NCBI GenBank assembly: GCA_016839555.1
Contig: JAEOUA010000009.1
Coordinates: forward strand, 1 to 64,000
DNA length: 64,000 bases
Origin: Promethearchaeota archaeon
Lineage (GTDB): Archaea > Asgardarchaeota > Lokiarchaeia > Sigyniarchaeales > SOKP01
Direction: 5' to 3'
The notes under the pieces are model-generated. The model searched no databases and had not been told where the DNA came from. It saw only the letters and a list, made by a program, of their open reading frames with translations. Shown here in pieces: positions 40,278 through 51,097 of this stretch; positions within the stretch are counted from its first letter, which is position 1; each line of letters starts with the position of its first letter. The position numbers and the translations under genes were made by a program.

Positions 40278-41713
40278 TTTTCACCATCCCAGCAATAGGT
40301 ACATATTTTGTCTTTCGGTAATCCGATAGCTTTTACTAAATCTTCCAGTCTTTGATATTTTAGGGTGGTTAACCCTAATTTTTTGCGAATAATCTCTACC
40401 ATAGCCTTATATTCCTTAGAGTCAGGGTTAGTATAGTTTGAAAGATCCTCTATAATTTCATTTTTTGATTCAGGATTATTATTTATATCCTTTCCATTTA
40501 GTTCTTCTATTGCTCTTCTTCCAGCTAATTCTAGTTCAGTACGAGATTGAGAAAAATTTAGAAATTTGCAACTATATATGAGGGGAGGACATGCAGGTCT
40601 CATGTGAACCTCTTTAGCACCAGCTTTATGCAATCTCTGTATGGTTTTTCTAAGCTGAGTACCTCTTACGATTGAGTCTTCGCATAAAAGAAGCCTCTTG
40701 TCCTTGATAAGATCCACAATAGAAATCAATTTCATCTTCGCTATTTCTTCTCTCTCTTTCTGGTCTTGAGGCATAAAGCTTCGTGCCCATGTAGGAGTAT
40801 ATTTCACAAATGGTCGTTGAAAAGGAACTCCTGCTTCGTTTGCGTATCCTAATCCGTGCGCTATTCCCGAATCTGGAATACCTGCAACGAGATCAATTTC
40901 AACATCATCATTTTTAGCCAAATAAGATCCGCATTTATAGCGAACAGTTTCTACATTAATATTCTCATAATTAGATGCGGGATATCCAAAATATACCCAT
41001 AAAAACGAACATATTTGCAATTTGTCTCCCGGAGGAATCAATTGTTCTAATCCTTTATCAGAAATAAAATACACTTCACCTGGTCCAAGATATTTGCAAA
41101 TTTTATATCCAAGAGTGGGAAACGCACATGTTTCCATAGTAATAGCATAGGAGCCTGGCTTTTCCCCAATGATTAATGGAGTTCTCCCTAATTTATCACG
41201 GGCCGCATAAATTCCCTCATCTGTTAATATAAGCATTGTACATGATCCATCTATGCTTTCTTGAACCTTTTTTATGCCATCTTCGAATGAATCTCCTTGA
41301 CTTATGATAGTCGCTACTAATTCTGTAGGATTTATTTCACCTCCATGCATTTCAGAAAAATGTGCGCCTTTTTCTAATAAATCATCTGCTAATTCTTCTA
41401 TATTGTTTATTCTTCCAACTGTGACAATCGCGAAATGTGCGAGATGTGATTTAATTATTAAGGGTTGATCATCATAATCACTAATTACTCCAATCCCCTT
41501 GTTTCCATGCATTTTTTTAATATCATTCTCGAATTTTGATCTGAATTGAGCTGTTGTAATATTTTTAATATATCTTTGAAATCCTCCAGAATTTTTAACT
41601 GCTAAACCACCACGCTGAGTTCCTAGGTGTGAGTGATAATCTGCGCCATAGAATAGGTCGTTTACGCAATCTCCATGAGAATCCAGACAACAAACTCCAA
41701 AAATTCCTCCCAT
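40271..41713 (-). CDS. purF: Amidophosphoribosyltransferase, MGG-start type without the catalytic N-terminal Cys
   Basis: MGGIFG, HSHLGT.RGG, CSFLWVYFGYP, GIPDSG, EDSIVRGTQL and CTYCW. Confidence 0.9.
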   Translation of the reverse strand: MGGIFGVCCLDSHGDCVNDLFYGADYHSHLGTQRGGLAVKNSGGFQRYIKNITTAQFRSKFENDIKKMHGNKGIGVISDYDDQPLIIKSHLAHFAIVTVGRINNIEELADDLLEKGAHFSEMHGGEINPTELVATIISQGDSFEDGIKKVQESIDGSCTMLILTDEGIYAARDKLGRTPLIIGEKPGSYAITMETCAFPTLGYKICKYLGPGEVYFISDKGLEQLIPPGDKLQICSFLWVYFGYPASNYENINVETVRYKCGSYLAKNDDVEIDLVAGIPDSGIAHGLGYANEAGVPFQRPFVKYTPTWARSFMPQDQKEREEIAKMKLISIVDLIKDKRLLLCEDSIVRGTQLRKTIQRLHKAGAKEVHMRPACPPLIYSCKFLNFSQSRTELELAGRRAIEELNGKDINNNPESKNEIIEDLSNYTNPDSKEYKAMVEIIRKKLGLTTLKYQRLEDLVKAIGLPKDKICTYCWDGEKF

Positions 41714-41978
41714 AAAAGACACTCTTTAATAATTTTGGTTTAAAATTTTTAATTTAGGAGTAAAATTCTATAAATCTATATTCCTTATATAAGAGAATTA
41801 TTAAAAAATTAAATTATTAACCTTCAAGTAAATTTCATAAATTTAGTCATTTAGCATGGTTCACTAATTTATTATTAAACTAATCTATAAAAATTATGCT
41901 TCACTCATTTAAATTGAAGGATGTTGAATAAATTGATAATAAAGAGAAAAAAGTATCTTTTTTATTTCATTTATTAAA

Positions 41979-43499
41979 ATGCAGCAAAAACCTATTAAAG
42001 GCTCTAATCTAGATAAGCCTAAGGAGCATTGTGCGGTTTTTGGTGTGACATCTGATGATATTACTTTTTCAATTTCTAAATTCCTCTATACAGGACTGAT
42101 TTCTTTACAGCACAGGGGGCAAGAATCAACAGGTATCTCGATCTTAAAAACTGGAGGTTCAATTTTTACATATAAAAGAAAAGGATTAGTTTCAAAAGTC
42201 TTAAGCAAGGAAAAATTATCAAGGTTTTGGGGAAATGTGGGAATAGGTCATAATAGATATGCAACTACGGGCTCGGAAGAATTCTATTCGTCGGAGTATA
42301 TCCAACCTTATCATTTTCAAAATAATGAAATAGAATTTTCATTCGCATTCAATGGAACCATCGCGAATTATATTAATATTAGAGATAATATGGAAAAAAA
42401 GGGACACATCTTCGCAACGAACACTGATACGGAGGTTATGGCTCAATTATTCGCTTCACTTTCCCTCACTAATAAAAAATGGAAAGAAATATTAAAAGAA
42501 GCATCTAATATCCTTGATGGATCTTATTCTCTGGTTTTATTAACTTCTAATGGTAGAATCTATGCCATGAGAGATCCTTTAGGATTTAAACCATTATGTA
42601 TAGGAGAATTAAAAACCAATAAAGGAAATTTCTATTTTATTGCCTCGGAATCTTGTGCTATTGATTCTGTAGGAGCACAATTTATACGAGATATAAGACC
42701 TGGTGAAATTATTCATTTAGATTATAAAAAAGGAATTCATTCAGATTTAGTGATAAAATCTAATAAAACAGCTGTGTGTCAATTTGAATTTGTTTATTTC
42801 GCTCGACCTGACTCTGTAATAGACGGGGTATCGGTGGCGCAAGCTAGATTTAGAATGGGTCAAAATCTTGCGAAAATTGATCCTAAACTTAAAGATCCTG
42901 AATTCAGAAAAAATGCTATTGTCGTACCAGTCCCAGATTCTGGGAGAAGTGCTTCTGTTGGATATGCTAATGAGGCAAATTTACCGTATATTGAAGGTTT
43001 AATGAAAAATAGATATATTTGGAGGACCTTTATTATGCCCGGTCAACAAAAACGTAAAGCTGCTGTTAAGGAAAAATTAAATCCAATAAAAAGTGTCGTC
43101 AATGGAAAGGATGTCATTTTGATCGATGACTCTATAGTTCGAGGTAATACCACGAAACAAATTGTTCGATTAATTAAAAATGCTGGCGCATCCTCAGTAA
43201 ATGTGAGAATCAGTTGCCCCCCCGTAATAAATGCTTGCTATATGGGTATAGATTTTCCAACTACCAATGAATTGATTGCGGGACGAAACCTTGAAAAATA
43301 TGGAATAAAACAGTATATAGAAAAAATAAGAGAAATTATTGGAGCAGATTCATTATTATATCAAACTATTGAAGGTTTAGAAGAAGCTATTGGATTAAAA
43401 AGTGAACTCTGCAAGGCCTGTCTTACTGGGAGATATCCATTAAAATCGGGGGATCAATTAACATCATCAAAACAAGCATCACCGATTAAAAGACAATAA
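41979..43499 (+). CDS. purF: Amidophosphoribosyltransferase, canonical (propeptide plus Cys1)
   Basis: KEHCAVFG, LQHRGQES, GHNRYAT, FEFVYFARPDS, DDSIVRGNT and C..C. Confidence 0.95.
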   Translation: MQQKPIKGSNLDKPKEHCAVFGVTSDDITFSISKFLYTGLISLQHRGQESTGISILKTGGSIFTYKRKGLVSKVLSKEKLSRFWGNVGIGHNRYATTGSEEFYSSEYIQPYHFQNNEIEFSFAFNGTIANYINIRDNMEKKGHIFATNTDTEVMAQLFASLSLTNKKWKEILKEASNILDGSYSLVLLTSNGRIYAMRDPLGFKPLCIGELKTNKGNFYFIASESCAIDSVGAQFIRDIRPGEIIHLDYKKGIHSDLVIKSNKTAVCQFEFVYFARPDSVIDGVSVAQARFRMGQNLAKIDPKLKDPEFRKNAIVVPVPDSGRSASVGYANEANLPYIEGLMKNRYIWRTFIMPGQQKRKAAVKEKLNPIKSVVNGKDVILIDDSIVRGNTTKQIVRLIKNAGASSVNVRISCPPVINACYMGIDFPTTNELIAGRNLEKYGIKQYIEKIREIIGADSLLYQTIEGLEEAIGLKSELCKACLTGRYPLKSGDQLTSSKQASPIKRQ

Positions 43500-43760
43500 A
43501 AAATAATAACCTCGAGAAAAAAACTATTTTTGAGTAGAAAATTTTAATATACCTCCTATTTTTATAAGAAGATGGTGAAGAAATCTATAATTAATGATAA
43601 AAACTCATTGTAAAATTACACGATAAAATTTTAAATATTAAATTTTATAAATTATTTAAAAAGAACCTCAATAATAAAAAAAATTTTCTCAGAAACTCTT
43701 ACTCTTGGGAGATCTTTATCTATCATATAATAATATTAATCAAAAGAGTGGGTTAGTAAT

Positions 43761-45662
43761 ATGAATTTAGACATTAAAAGAAGTCAAGAGGATTTATTTC
43801 AAGTTATTTTTAAAAATTTAGATGATCTAATAATAATAATTAATTCTGATTGGAGAATTGAATTTATAAATAAATCTGTGCTTAAAAAAACATTAGGATA
43901 TTCCAAAGAAGATTTAATTGGTTATAATATAGAGAAATTATTTCATCCCGAAGATAGAGTGGAAATAACCAAAAAGATTAAATCTTTAATCAATGATAAA
44001 AACATTAATCTAGAAGGACGTATAAAAGATAAAAAAGGTAAATGGCATTGGTTTAATATTTATGGAGAACGGATTTTTTATACAAATATCTTCATTAAAG
44101 CTGTATTTATATTAAAAGATATCACTCAAAATAAAGAAAAATTAAAAGAGGCTGAAAAAAAATATCGACTTATCACGGAAAATGCTTATGATTTAATTGG
44201 TATGTTTAATGAACAATTAAAATTTACATATATTAATGAAAAAACCCATAAGAGAATTTTAGGTTATAAAAAAGAAGATCTGATTGGTAAGCGATTATGG
44301 AAATTCATACATCCTGATGATTTTCAGAGAGCCTATAAAATAATAAAAAATAGGTTGAAAAAAGGATTAGGTAGAGCAGAAATAAGATTTAAAAAGAAAA
44401 ATGGAACCTATATATGGCTTGAAACCGTAGGTGTAGCATTCGTGACTAAGGATAATAAGAGATTAGGTGCTACCATATCACGCGATATATCAGAAAGAAA
44501 AAAATATGAAAAATTGTTAAAAAAGCAGATAAAGGATCAAATTGAATATAAGAAGCAATTAGAAAAGTCTGAAGAAAAATATCGGCTTATCACGGAAAAT
44601 GCTAATGATTTAATCGGGGTATTTGATGAGAAATTAAGAATTACATATATTAATGAAAAATCACATAAGAGAATTTTAGGCTATAAAAAGGAAGATATGA
44701 TTGGGAAACCATTATGGAACTTTATACATCCTGAAGAATATCAAAGTGTTTTTAATAAAATAAAAAATGAATGGGAAGATGGGCCAGCAAGAGCGATATT
44801 AAGATTTAAGAAAAAGGATGGTAACTATATTTGGATTGAAACAATAGCAGAAGCATTCAAAACTAAAGAAAATAGACTATTAGGGGTTACTATATCTCGC
44901 GATGTTTCAGAAAGAAAAAAATTTGAAGAGTTGATACAAGAGGAAAATAAAAAACTTAAAAAATTGAACAAAATAAGAAAAAATTTAATTAATCGTGTAT
45001 CTCATGAATTAAAAACACCCATGACAGCTATTTATGGATCTATTCAATTAATTGAAGAAATATGTCCAAAAAAGTTAGATAATGAAATTTTAGAAATGAT
45101 ATCTATAGCAAAACGAGGCTGTAAAAGGCTTCAGAATTTAATTGAAAATATTTTGGATGTATCAATAATAGATGCTTTCGAATTAAAGATTATTAAAAAA
45201 AAGATTAATCTTGGAAAAATTGTTAGAAATTGCATTGATGAGTTGAAATATTTGATTCAAAAAAAGCAGATAGAAATTGAATTAAATATAATTAATGACA
45301 TAGAAGTCTTTGTAGACAAATTGAGAATAGAAGAAGTAATTATTAATCTTATATCTAATGCTGTTAAGAATACTCCTAATAATGGAAAAATTTCAATTTT
45401 TCTTAAGAAATCTAATAATAAAGCTAAGTTTGTCATTAAAGATAATGGGATCGGAATAGAAAAAGAGGAAAAAGAAGCATTGTTTACTAAATTCGGAAAA
45501 ATTGAGAGAAAAAACTATCAAGAAGATATTAATATGGATGGATCTGGATTGGGTTTATATATCTCAAAGAAAATTATAGAAGGGCATGATGGTGAAATAT
45601 GGGCAGAATCAGAAGGCAGAAATAAGGGATCATTATTTTATTTCACATTACCCCTAATATAA
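43761..45662 (+). CDS. PAS x3 sensor histidine kinase
   Basis: HPED, IHPDD and IHPEE PAS motifs; SHELKTP, NAVKNT, DNGIG and GSGLGL. Confidence 0.93.
   Translation: MNLDIKRSQEDLFQVIFKNLDDLIIIINSDWRIEFINKSVLKKTLGYSKEDLIGYNIEKLFHPEDRVEITKKIKSLINDKNINLEGRIKDKKGKWHWFNIYGERIFYTNIFIKAVFILKDITQNKEKLKEAEKKYRLITENAYDLIGMFNEQLKFTYINEKTHKRILGYKKEDLIGKRLWKFIHPDDFQRAYKIIKNRLKKGLGRAEIRFKKKNGTYIWLETVGVAFVTKDNKRLGATISRDISERKKYEKLLKKQIKDQIEYKKQLEKSEEKYRLITENANDLIGVFDEKLRITYINEKSHKRILGYKKEDMIGKPLWNFIHPEEYQSVFNKIKNEWEDGPARAILRFKKKDGNYIWIETIAEAFKTKENRLLGVTISRDVSERKKFEELIQEENKKLKKLNKIRKNLINRVSHELKTPMTAIYGSIQLIEEICPKKLDNEILEMISIAKRGCKRLQNLIENILDVSIIDAFELKIIKKKINLGKIVRNCIDELKYLIQKKQIEIELNIINDIEVFVDKLRIEEVIINLISNAVKNTPNNGKISIFLKKSNNKAKFVIKDNGIGIEKEEKEALFTKFGKIERKNYQEDINMDGSGLGLYISKKIIEGHDGEIWAESEGRNKGSLFYFTLPLI
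44151..44930 (+). repeat. Internal PAS-domain duplication (period about 417 nt)
   Basis: TATCGACTTATCACGGAAAATGCT at 44163 versus TATCGGCTTATCACGGAAAATGCT at 44580; near-identical peptides follow. Confidence 0.85.
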
Positions 45663-45708
45663 ATGATTAGAAATTAAGAATTCTACTTTTCAATAATCCA
45701 TTGTAAGC

Positions 45709-46527
45709 CTATAATTGTCTCATTAGAACTCCATTCTGAACACAATATTCTTTTACTTCTTTAATAGAGAGTTCTCTAAAATGAAAAATTGATGCTGCTA
45801 ATGCCGCGCTAGCTTTACCAATTGTAAAGGCCTCAAGAATATGTTGTGCGGTTCCTGCCCCACCAGAAGCAATAACGGGTAAATCAGTTGCCTCTGCTAT
45901 TGCTTTAGTCATAATTAAGTCATATCCTTCCTTGGTTCCATCGAATGTTTTAGATGTTGGGAGAATAGATCCCACACCAAGTTCCTTTACTTCTTTAGCC
46001 CATTTTATTGCGTCCATACCAGTAGATTTTGTACCTCCGTGGGCAAGCACATCAAACCAACAATAATTCTCATCAGCTTCAAAAAGTGTTTTATTGTTTA
46101 CCTTTTGTTTAGAATCAACATAGACTCTTTTCCCATCAATTGCAGAAACTATACGTTCAGAACCAAATTCATTTGAAATTTCTGCTAAAAATTGAGGATT
46201 CTTAACTCCCGCGCTATTAACTGAAACTTTATCTGCTCCAGCTTTTAATATATCCTCAACATCTTCGATAGAACTAATTCCTCCCCCTACCGTAAATGGA
46301 ATTGAAATTCCTTCAGCTACCTTTTTGACTAAATCTACAACGGTTTTTCTTTTTTCAACAGTTGCAGTGATATCTAGAAAGACCAATTCATCAGCTCCTT
46401 CATCTTGGTAATATTGTGCAAATTCTACTGGATTTCCAGCATCACGCAAGTTTATAAATTGTATACCCTTCACCACTCGTCCATCTTTTACATCAAGGCA
46501 AGGGATAATTTTTTTATATTCGATCAT
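45709..46527 (-). CDS. hisF: Imidazole glycerol phosphate synthase cyclase subunit
   Basis: [42 protein letters not shown] and ALAASIFH. Confidence 0.97.
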   Translation of the reverse strand: MIEYKKIIPCLDVKDGRVVKGIQFINLRDAGNPVEFAQYYQDEGADELVFLDITATVEKRKTVVDLVKKVAEGISIPFTVGGGISSIEDVEDILKAGADKVSVNSAGVKNPQFLAEISNEFGSERIVSAIDGKRVYVDSKQKVNNKTLFEADENYCWFDVLAHGGTKSTGMDAIKWAKEVKELGVGSILPTSKTFDGTKEGYDLIMTKAIAEATDLPVIASGGAGTAQHILEAFTIGKASAALAASIFHFRELSIKEVKEYCVQNGVLMRQL

Positions 46528-46601
46528 TATTTTTTTTGCTCTATAAATGTGAATAAATAAAATATATTAAAAAATCTTTTAAAATGTATTAGTTAAAATA
46601 A

Positions 46602-48989
46602 TTAATTATCATTTAAGTATTTAAAAAGTCCTCCTATAAGCTGTCCAGTGCTTATTCCAGCATCACCTGGAGGAATATCAGTATGTTCCAGGAATTGAAG
46701 ATCATTTTTTAGAACCAAATTTTTTATAGTTTGTGAAAAGGAGTAATTATATGCAACCCCTCCCGAAAGACCTATCTTTTTGATACCCAAAATTTTTGCT
46801 TTTTTTATTGCTACTTTGGCGTATGATTTGCCTATTGCTATTTGAAACTTACTGGCAATATCTTCTCTCTTATAATTTTTGATTTTCAATAAATTTAGAA
46901 TATCAATAATTAATTTTGAAGTATTTATAATGGTCACACCATCATTTTCATCATAAGAGACGGATAGATTTATCTTAGATGGCTTTCCTTTAGATGCCAG
47001 TCCTTCGAGTCTCATAGCAGGCTCTCCTCGGTATGTTTTAAATGAGCAGGCTCCTAATAAATATGATACCGAATCAAAAATCCTGCCTGTCGAGCTAGAT
47101 AAAGGAATATTTTCGGCAGGAAATGAAAAAGAGGCTTTCGTAAATTGAGAAACCAATGTTTCTAATTCTATCTTTTCATATTCTAAATCTTCTTCTAAGT
47201 TCAATTGCTTAAAGATTTTCATGGATTTTTCTACACTAAAATTCTTTAAAATTATGGAAGCTAGCATCCGTGCAGGATATTTAGTACATCTATCGCCTCC
47301 TACCATTGGCTGGTATTCTAAATGTCCAACTCTAGTATAATCTTTATATGAACACCTTAATATTTCACCACCCCATGTATTACCATCATCTCCAAATCCA
47401 ACACCATCAGTACTAATTCCTATAATTTCTTCATCCTCTTTTATATTGTTTTCAGCCATTAAGCCGAGGATATGAGAATAATGGTGTTGTATTAGATAAA
47501 GGGGCACTGAAAATCTTTCCGATAACTCTCTCCCATATTGAGAAGTTATAAAACCTGGATGAGCATCGCACGCAATAAATTTAATCTCTGAATCTTGAAT
47601 TTGGAGCAATTTCTTCATATGAAATAATGCATCTTGCAGAAATTCAAAAGTTTCCAAATTAGTGGTATTCCCAATATGCTGGGTGGGAAATATCCGGTTT
47701 CTTCTAAGAATTGCCCCCGTCACATTTAATTCTGGTCCAGTTGCTAAAGCTCCAGGAATCTCTACTTCAAATGGTAATGGAATATATTCTGGAACATATC
47801 CTCTAGACCTGCGTATCAATTTAGGCTTATAATCGTGCACTCGCAACACACTATCATCAGCTCTTTGATAGATTTTCCTATCATGTAAAAGAAAAAAGTC
47901 CGCGATTTTATTTAATTGAGTAAAAATTTTATCGTTTTCTATTCCCATAGGAATATTAGATTTATTACCACTAGTATATATTAATGGTTTTTTCCCAATA
48001 TAATCAAATAATAAATAATGGATTCCAGTATAGGGAAGCATAAATCCAATATTATTTAATCCTGGAGCCACTAATTCACTAATCCCAGAAGATTTAAAAT
48101 TTGGTTTCTTTTCCAATAAAACAATCGGTCTACGAAATGATTCTAAGAGTTCTCGTTCTTTATCATTAATATTAAAATAATTTTCAATAATTTTTAATTC
48201 TGGAACCATCAATGCAAAAGGCTTATATCTTCTTTTCCTTTTTCTCTTCCGCAATTTCAATATAATATTGTCATTTTCCGCTAGACATACTAAATGAACT
48301 CCACCAATTCCCTTAACAGCTGCAATTTCGCCAGTATTTATTCGCTTGGCGGTTTTTTTCAAAACTTCAGAGATGGAATCTTTTTCTAATATTTCTTTAG
48401 ATTTATCATATAAAATATAATTTGGTCCACATATGGAACATGCGAATGTTTGGGCATGAAATCTTCTATTATTAAAAGCTCTATATTCTTCTAAACAAAA
48501 TTCACAGAACGGAAAATTAATCATAGTGCTCCGTTCCCGATCATAAGGGAGAGATGTCACAGTAGTGAAGCGAGGGCCACATTGAGCACAAGCTATAAAA
48601 GGATATTGATAATATCGTTGTAAATCAGCATTTCTCATATTGTTTAAACATTCTCGACATATAGCAACATCCGGAGGTAAAGTTAAACTGATACCCCTTC
48701 CTTGCTCGCTCTTCCTAATTGATAAGTCTTTAAAGATTTTTTTAGTATCAAGTTCTTGAGTTGTAATTTTTTCTATATATGAAATGTCAGGTTTTTGTTC
48801 CTTTATGTCATAAATGAATTTTTGAATGTTGTTTGAATTTCCCTGTAATATTAATCGAACCCCTGCATTACCTCTATTTAATATATAACCATTTAGCGAC
48901 TTTTTTCTTGCTAAATTATATAGAAAAGGACGGAAACCAACTCCTTGAACTATTCCAGTTATGTTGATTTCTACTGTTTTTGAACTCAT
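46602..48989 (-). CDS. hypF: [NiFe]-hydrogenase maturation carbamoyltransferase
   Basis: GIVQGVGFRPF, Zn fingers CGPRF and RRFHAQ, DDSV, RRSRGY, QHH and PPGDAGIS.GQ. Confidence 0.97.
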   Translation of the reverse strand: MSSKTVEINITGIVQGVGFRPFLYNLARKKSLNGYILNRGNAGVRLILQGNSNNIQKFIYDIKEQKPDISYIEKITTQELDTKKIFKDLSIRKSEQGRGISLTLPPDVAICRECLNNMRNADLQRYYQYPFIACAQCGPRFTTVTSLPYDRERSTMINFPFCEFCLEEYRAFNNRRFHAQTFACSICGPNYILYDKSKEILEKDSISEVLKKTAKRINTGEIAAVKGIGGVHLVCLAENDNIILKLRKRKRKRRYKPFALMVPELKIIENYFNINDKERELLESFRRPIVLLEKKPNFKSSGISELVAPGLNNIGFMLPYTGIHYLLFDYIGKKPLIYTSGNKSNIPMGIENDKIFTQLNKIADFFLLHDRKIYQRADDSVLRVHDYKPKLIRRSRGYVPEYIPLPFEVEIPGALATGPELNVTGAILRRNRIFPTQHIGNTTNLETFEFLQDALFHMKKLLQIQDSEIKFIACDAHPGFITSQYGRELSERFSVPLYLIQHHYSHILGLMAENNIKEDEEIIGISTDGVGFGDDGNTWGGEILRCSYKDYTRVGHLEYQPMVGGDRCTKYPARMLASIILKNFSVEKSMKIFKQLNLEEDLEYEKIELETLVSQFTKASFSFPAENIPLSSSTGRIFDSVSYLLGACSFKTYRGEPAMRLEGLASKGKPSKINLSVSYDENDGVTIINTSKLIIDILNLLKIKNYKREDIASKFQIAIGKSYAKVAIKKAKILGIKKIGLSGGVAYNYSFSQTIKNLVLKNDLQFLEHTDIPPGDAGISTGQLIGGLFKYLNDN

Positions 48990-49093
48990 TCAATTAGAAT
49001 AAATTCTGGAATCATATAAATTAGATGATTTTAATTGAAAACTTAAAATAAAACATATTAGATTTAAAATCTTTTAATGCCTTATAATTAATA

Positions 49094-51016
49094 ATGTCAA
49101 AGAAAGAAAGCTCAGAAGAATTATCACCAATTATAAATAAATATAGTAAAAAAAAGGTATCTCTCACTGATGCAATTAAAAAATATATTAATCCTGGTGA
49201 TCGCATTTTTATAGGCTCAGGCTGTGCGGAGCCGATCGATCTTACTCAAAAATTAACGGAATTAGGTCCAGAATTACCAGATGTTCAAATGATTCATTTC
49301 TTAAATCTTAGCGACTTAGATTATTATAAAACAATTGGTACTGTAAAAGATTTATTTAGACATAATGTTTTCTTCATCGGAGAAAATTTAAGAGATGCTA
49401 TAGAGAAGGGGCAAGCAGATTATACTCCAATGTTACTCTCAGAAATCCCTAGATTATTTAAATCTGGGAAAATTCACATTGATACTGCATTAATTCAAGT
49501 AAGTCCTCCTGATAAATATGGGTTTTGTAGTTTCGGTGTAAGTGTCGATATTGTGAAACCCATCGCAGAAGTAGCTGAACATGTTGTTGCCGAAATTAAT
49601 CCAAAAATGCCTCGAACTTTAGGAGATTCCTTTATTCATATGGATGATATAGATTCGTATGTTATAGCAGATCATGATCCTATTGAATTTAGTTATGAAC
49701 CTCCTGGTGAAGTAGCACAAAAAGTTGGCAAATATGTAGCATCACTCATTGAAGATGAATCCACAATTCAAATGGGTATTGGTCAAATCCCAAACGCAGT
49801 AACTTCTGAATTAAAAAATAAAAGAGATCTAGGAGTTCATACTGAGGTATTTTCTGATGGTATTGTAGATCTTGTTAATGAGGGCGTTATAACCTGTAAG
49901 AAAAAGACAATTCATAAAGATAAGATTATTTGCTCATTTGTAATGGGATCTAAGAAATTATATAATTTTGTGGATGATAATCCTATGGTGGAGTTTCATC
50001 CCGTTGATTATGTGAATGATGTCACTATAGTATGTCAGAATAGAAAACAAGTTGCGATAAATGCTGCATTGTCTATTGATATCACGGGGCAAGTTAATTC
50101 AGATTCTATAGGACATAGATTCTATAGTGGAATAGGTGGACAAGTGGATTTTGTAAGGGGCGCAGGAAGAGCTGAGGAAGGTAAACCAATTATGGTGCTT
50201 CCATCCACAGCAAAATTAGAGGATGGTTCCGTAGTTTCAAGAATTGTACCTTCTTTACTACCTGGATCGGGAGTAGTAATCACACGTGGAGACGTTCATT
50301 ATGTTGTAACCGAATGGGGTATTGCTGATTTACACGGAAAAAGTATACGTGAAAGAGTTTTACAACTTATTAATATAGCTCATCCAGATTTTAGAGAAGA
50401 ACTTTTAGAAAAGGCTAAAGAATGGAATTTTGTATATAAAGATCAAGAACTTCCAAAATCTGTTGAAGGACGTATAAGTATTTATCCCGATCAATATGAA
50501 ACGACCTATGAATTGGAGATTGGTAAAAAACTTTTTATAAGGCCTGTAAAAACCACCGATGAGCGAATGCTTCAAGAACTTTATTATTCTCTAGATAAAA
50601 AAGATATATATTATCGCTTTTTTCAACAAATGACTGATTTTAGACATAAGAAAATCCAACCTATGGTCAACATTGACTATACGACCAGCATAATTTTAGT
50701 AGCATTATATACAGAGCATAATACCCAAAAAATCGTAGCTCAAGGAGGTTTTTTTAAAACTCATCAACCTTCAGTTGGAGAATTAGCATTTGTTGTTCAT
50801 AAAGAATGGAGAGGGCTTGGAATCACCAAATTTCTTCTCAGTTATTTGGTACAAATGGGAAGAGAATTAGGTTATAAAGAATTTGGTGGAAGTATTTTAT
50901 TAGATAATAAACCTATGTTGTATATTATTGATAAGGCCCCATACCCAATGACGCTTAAGAATGTAGAGCAGGGCATTATGGAGTTTAAGATGGATATAAC
51001 AAAAAAAATTAAATAA
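49094..51016 (+). CDS. Acetyl-CoA hydrolase/CoA-transferase fused to a C-terminal GNAT domain
   Basis: IQVSPPD, QMGIG.IP, HTE, SGIGGQVDFVRGA and VVTEWG; C-terminal ELAFVVHKEWRGLGI. Confidence 0.93.
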   Translation: MSKKESSEELSPIINKYSKKKVSLTDAIKKYINPGDRIFIGSGCAEPIDLTQKLTELGPELPDVQMIHFLNLSDLDYYKTIGTVKDLFRHNVFFIGENLRDAIEKGQADYTPMLLSEIPRLFKSGKIHIDTALIQVSPPDKYGFCSFGVSVDIVKPIAEVAEHVVAEINPKMPRTLGDSFIHMDDIDSYVIADHDPIEFSYEPPGEVAQKVGKYVASLIEDESTIQMGIGQIPNAVTSELKNKRDLGVHTEVFSDGIVDLVNEGVITCKKKTIHKDKIICSFVMGSKKLYNFVDDNPMVEFHPVDYVNDVTIVCQNRKQVAINAALSIDITGQVNSDSIGHRFYSGIGGQVDFVRGAGRAEEGKPIMVLPSTAKLEDGSVVSRIVPSLLPGSGVVITRGDVHYVVTEWGIADLHGKSIRERVLQLINIAHPDFREELLEKAKEWNFVYKDQELPKSVEGRISIYPDQYETTYELEIGKKLFIRPVKTTDERMLQELYYSLDKKDIYYRFFQQMTDFRHKKIQPMVNIDYTTSIILVALYTEHNTQKIVAQGGFFKTHQPSVGELAFVVHKEWRGLGITKFLLSYLVQMGRELGYKEFGGSILLDNKPMLYIIDKAPYPMTLKNVEQGIMEFKMDITKKIK

Positions 51017-51097
51017 TAATAGCTTTTAATATCCTAATCAAACAATAAGATTTCAAATTAATAAAAATTCTTTTTAGATCTTTTCTTATAACTAATT

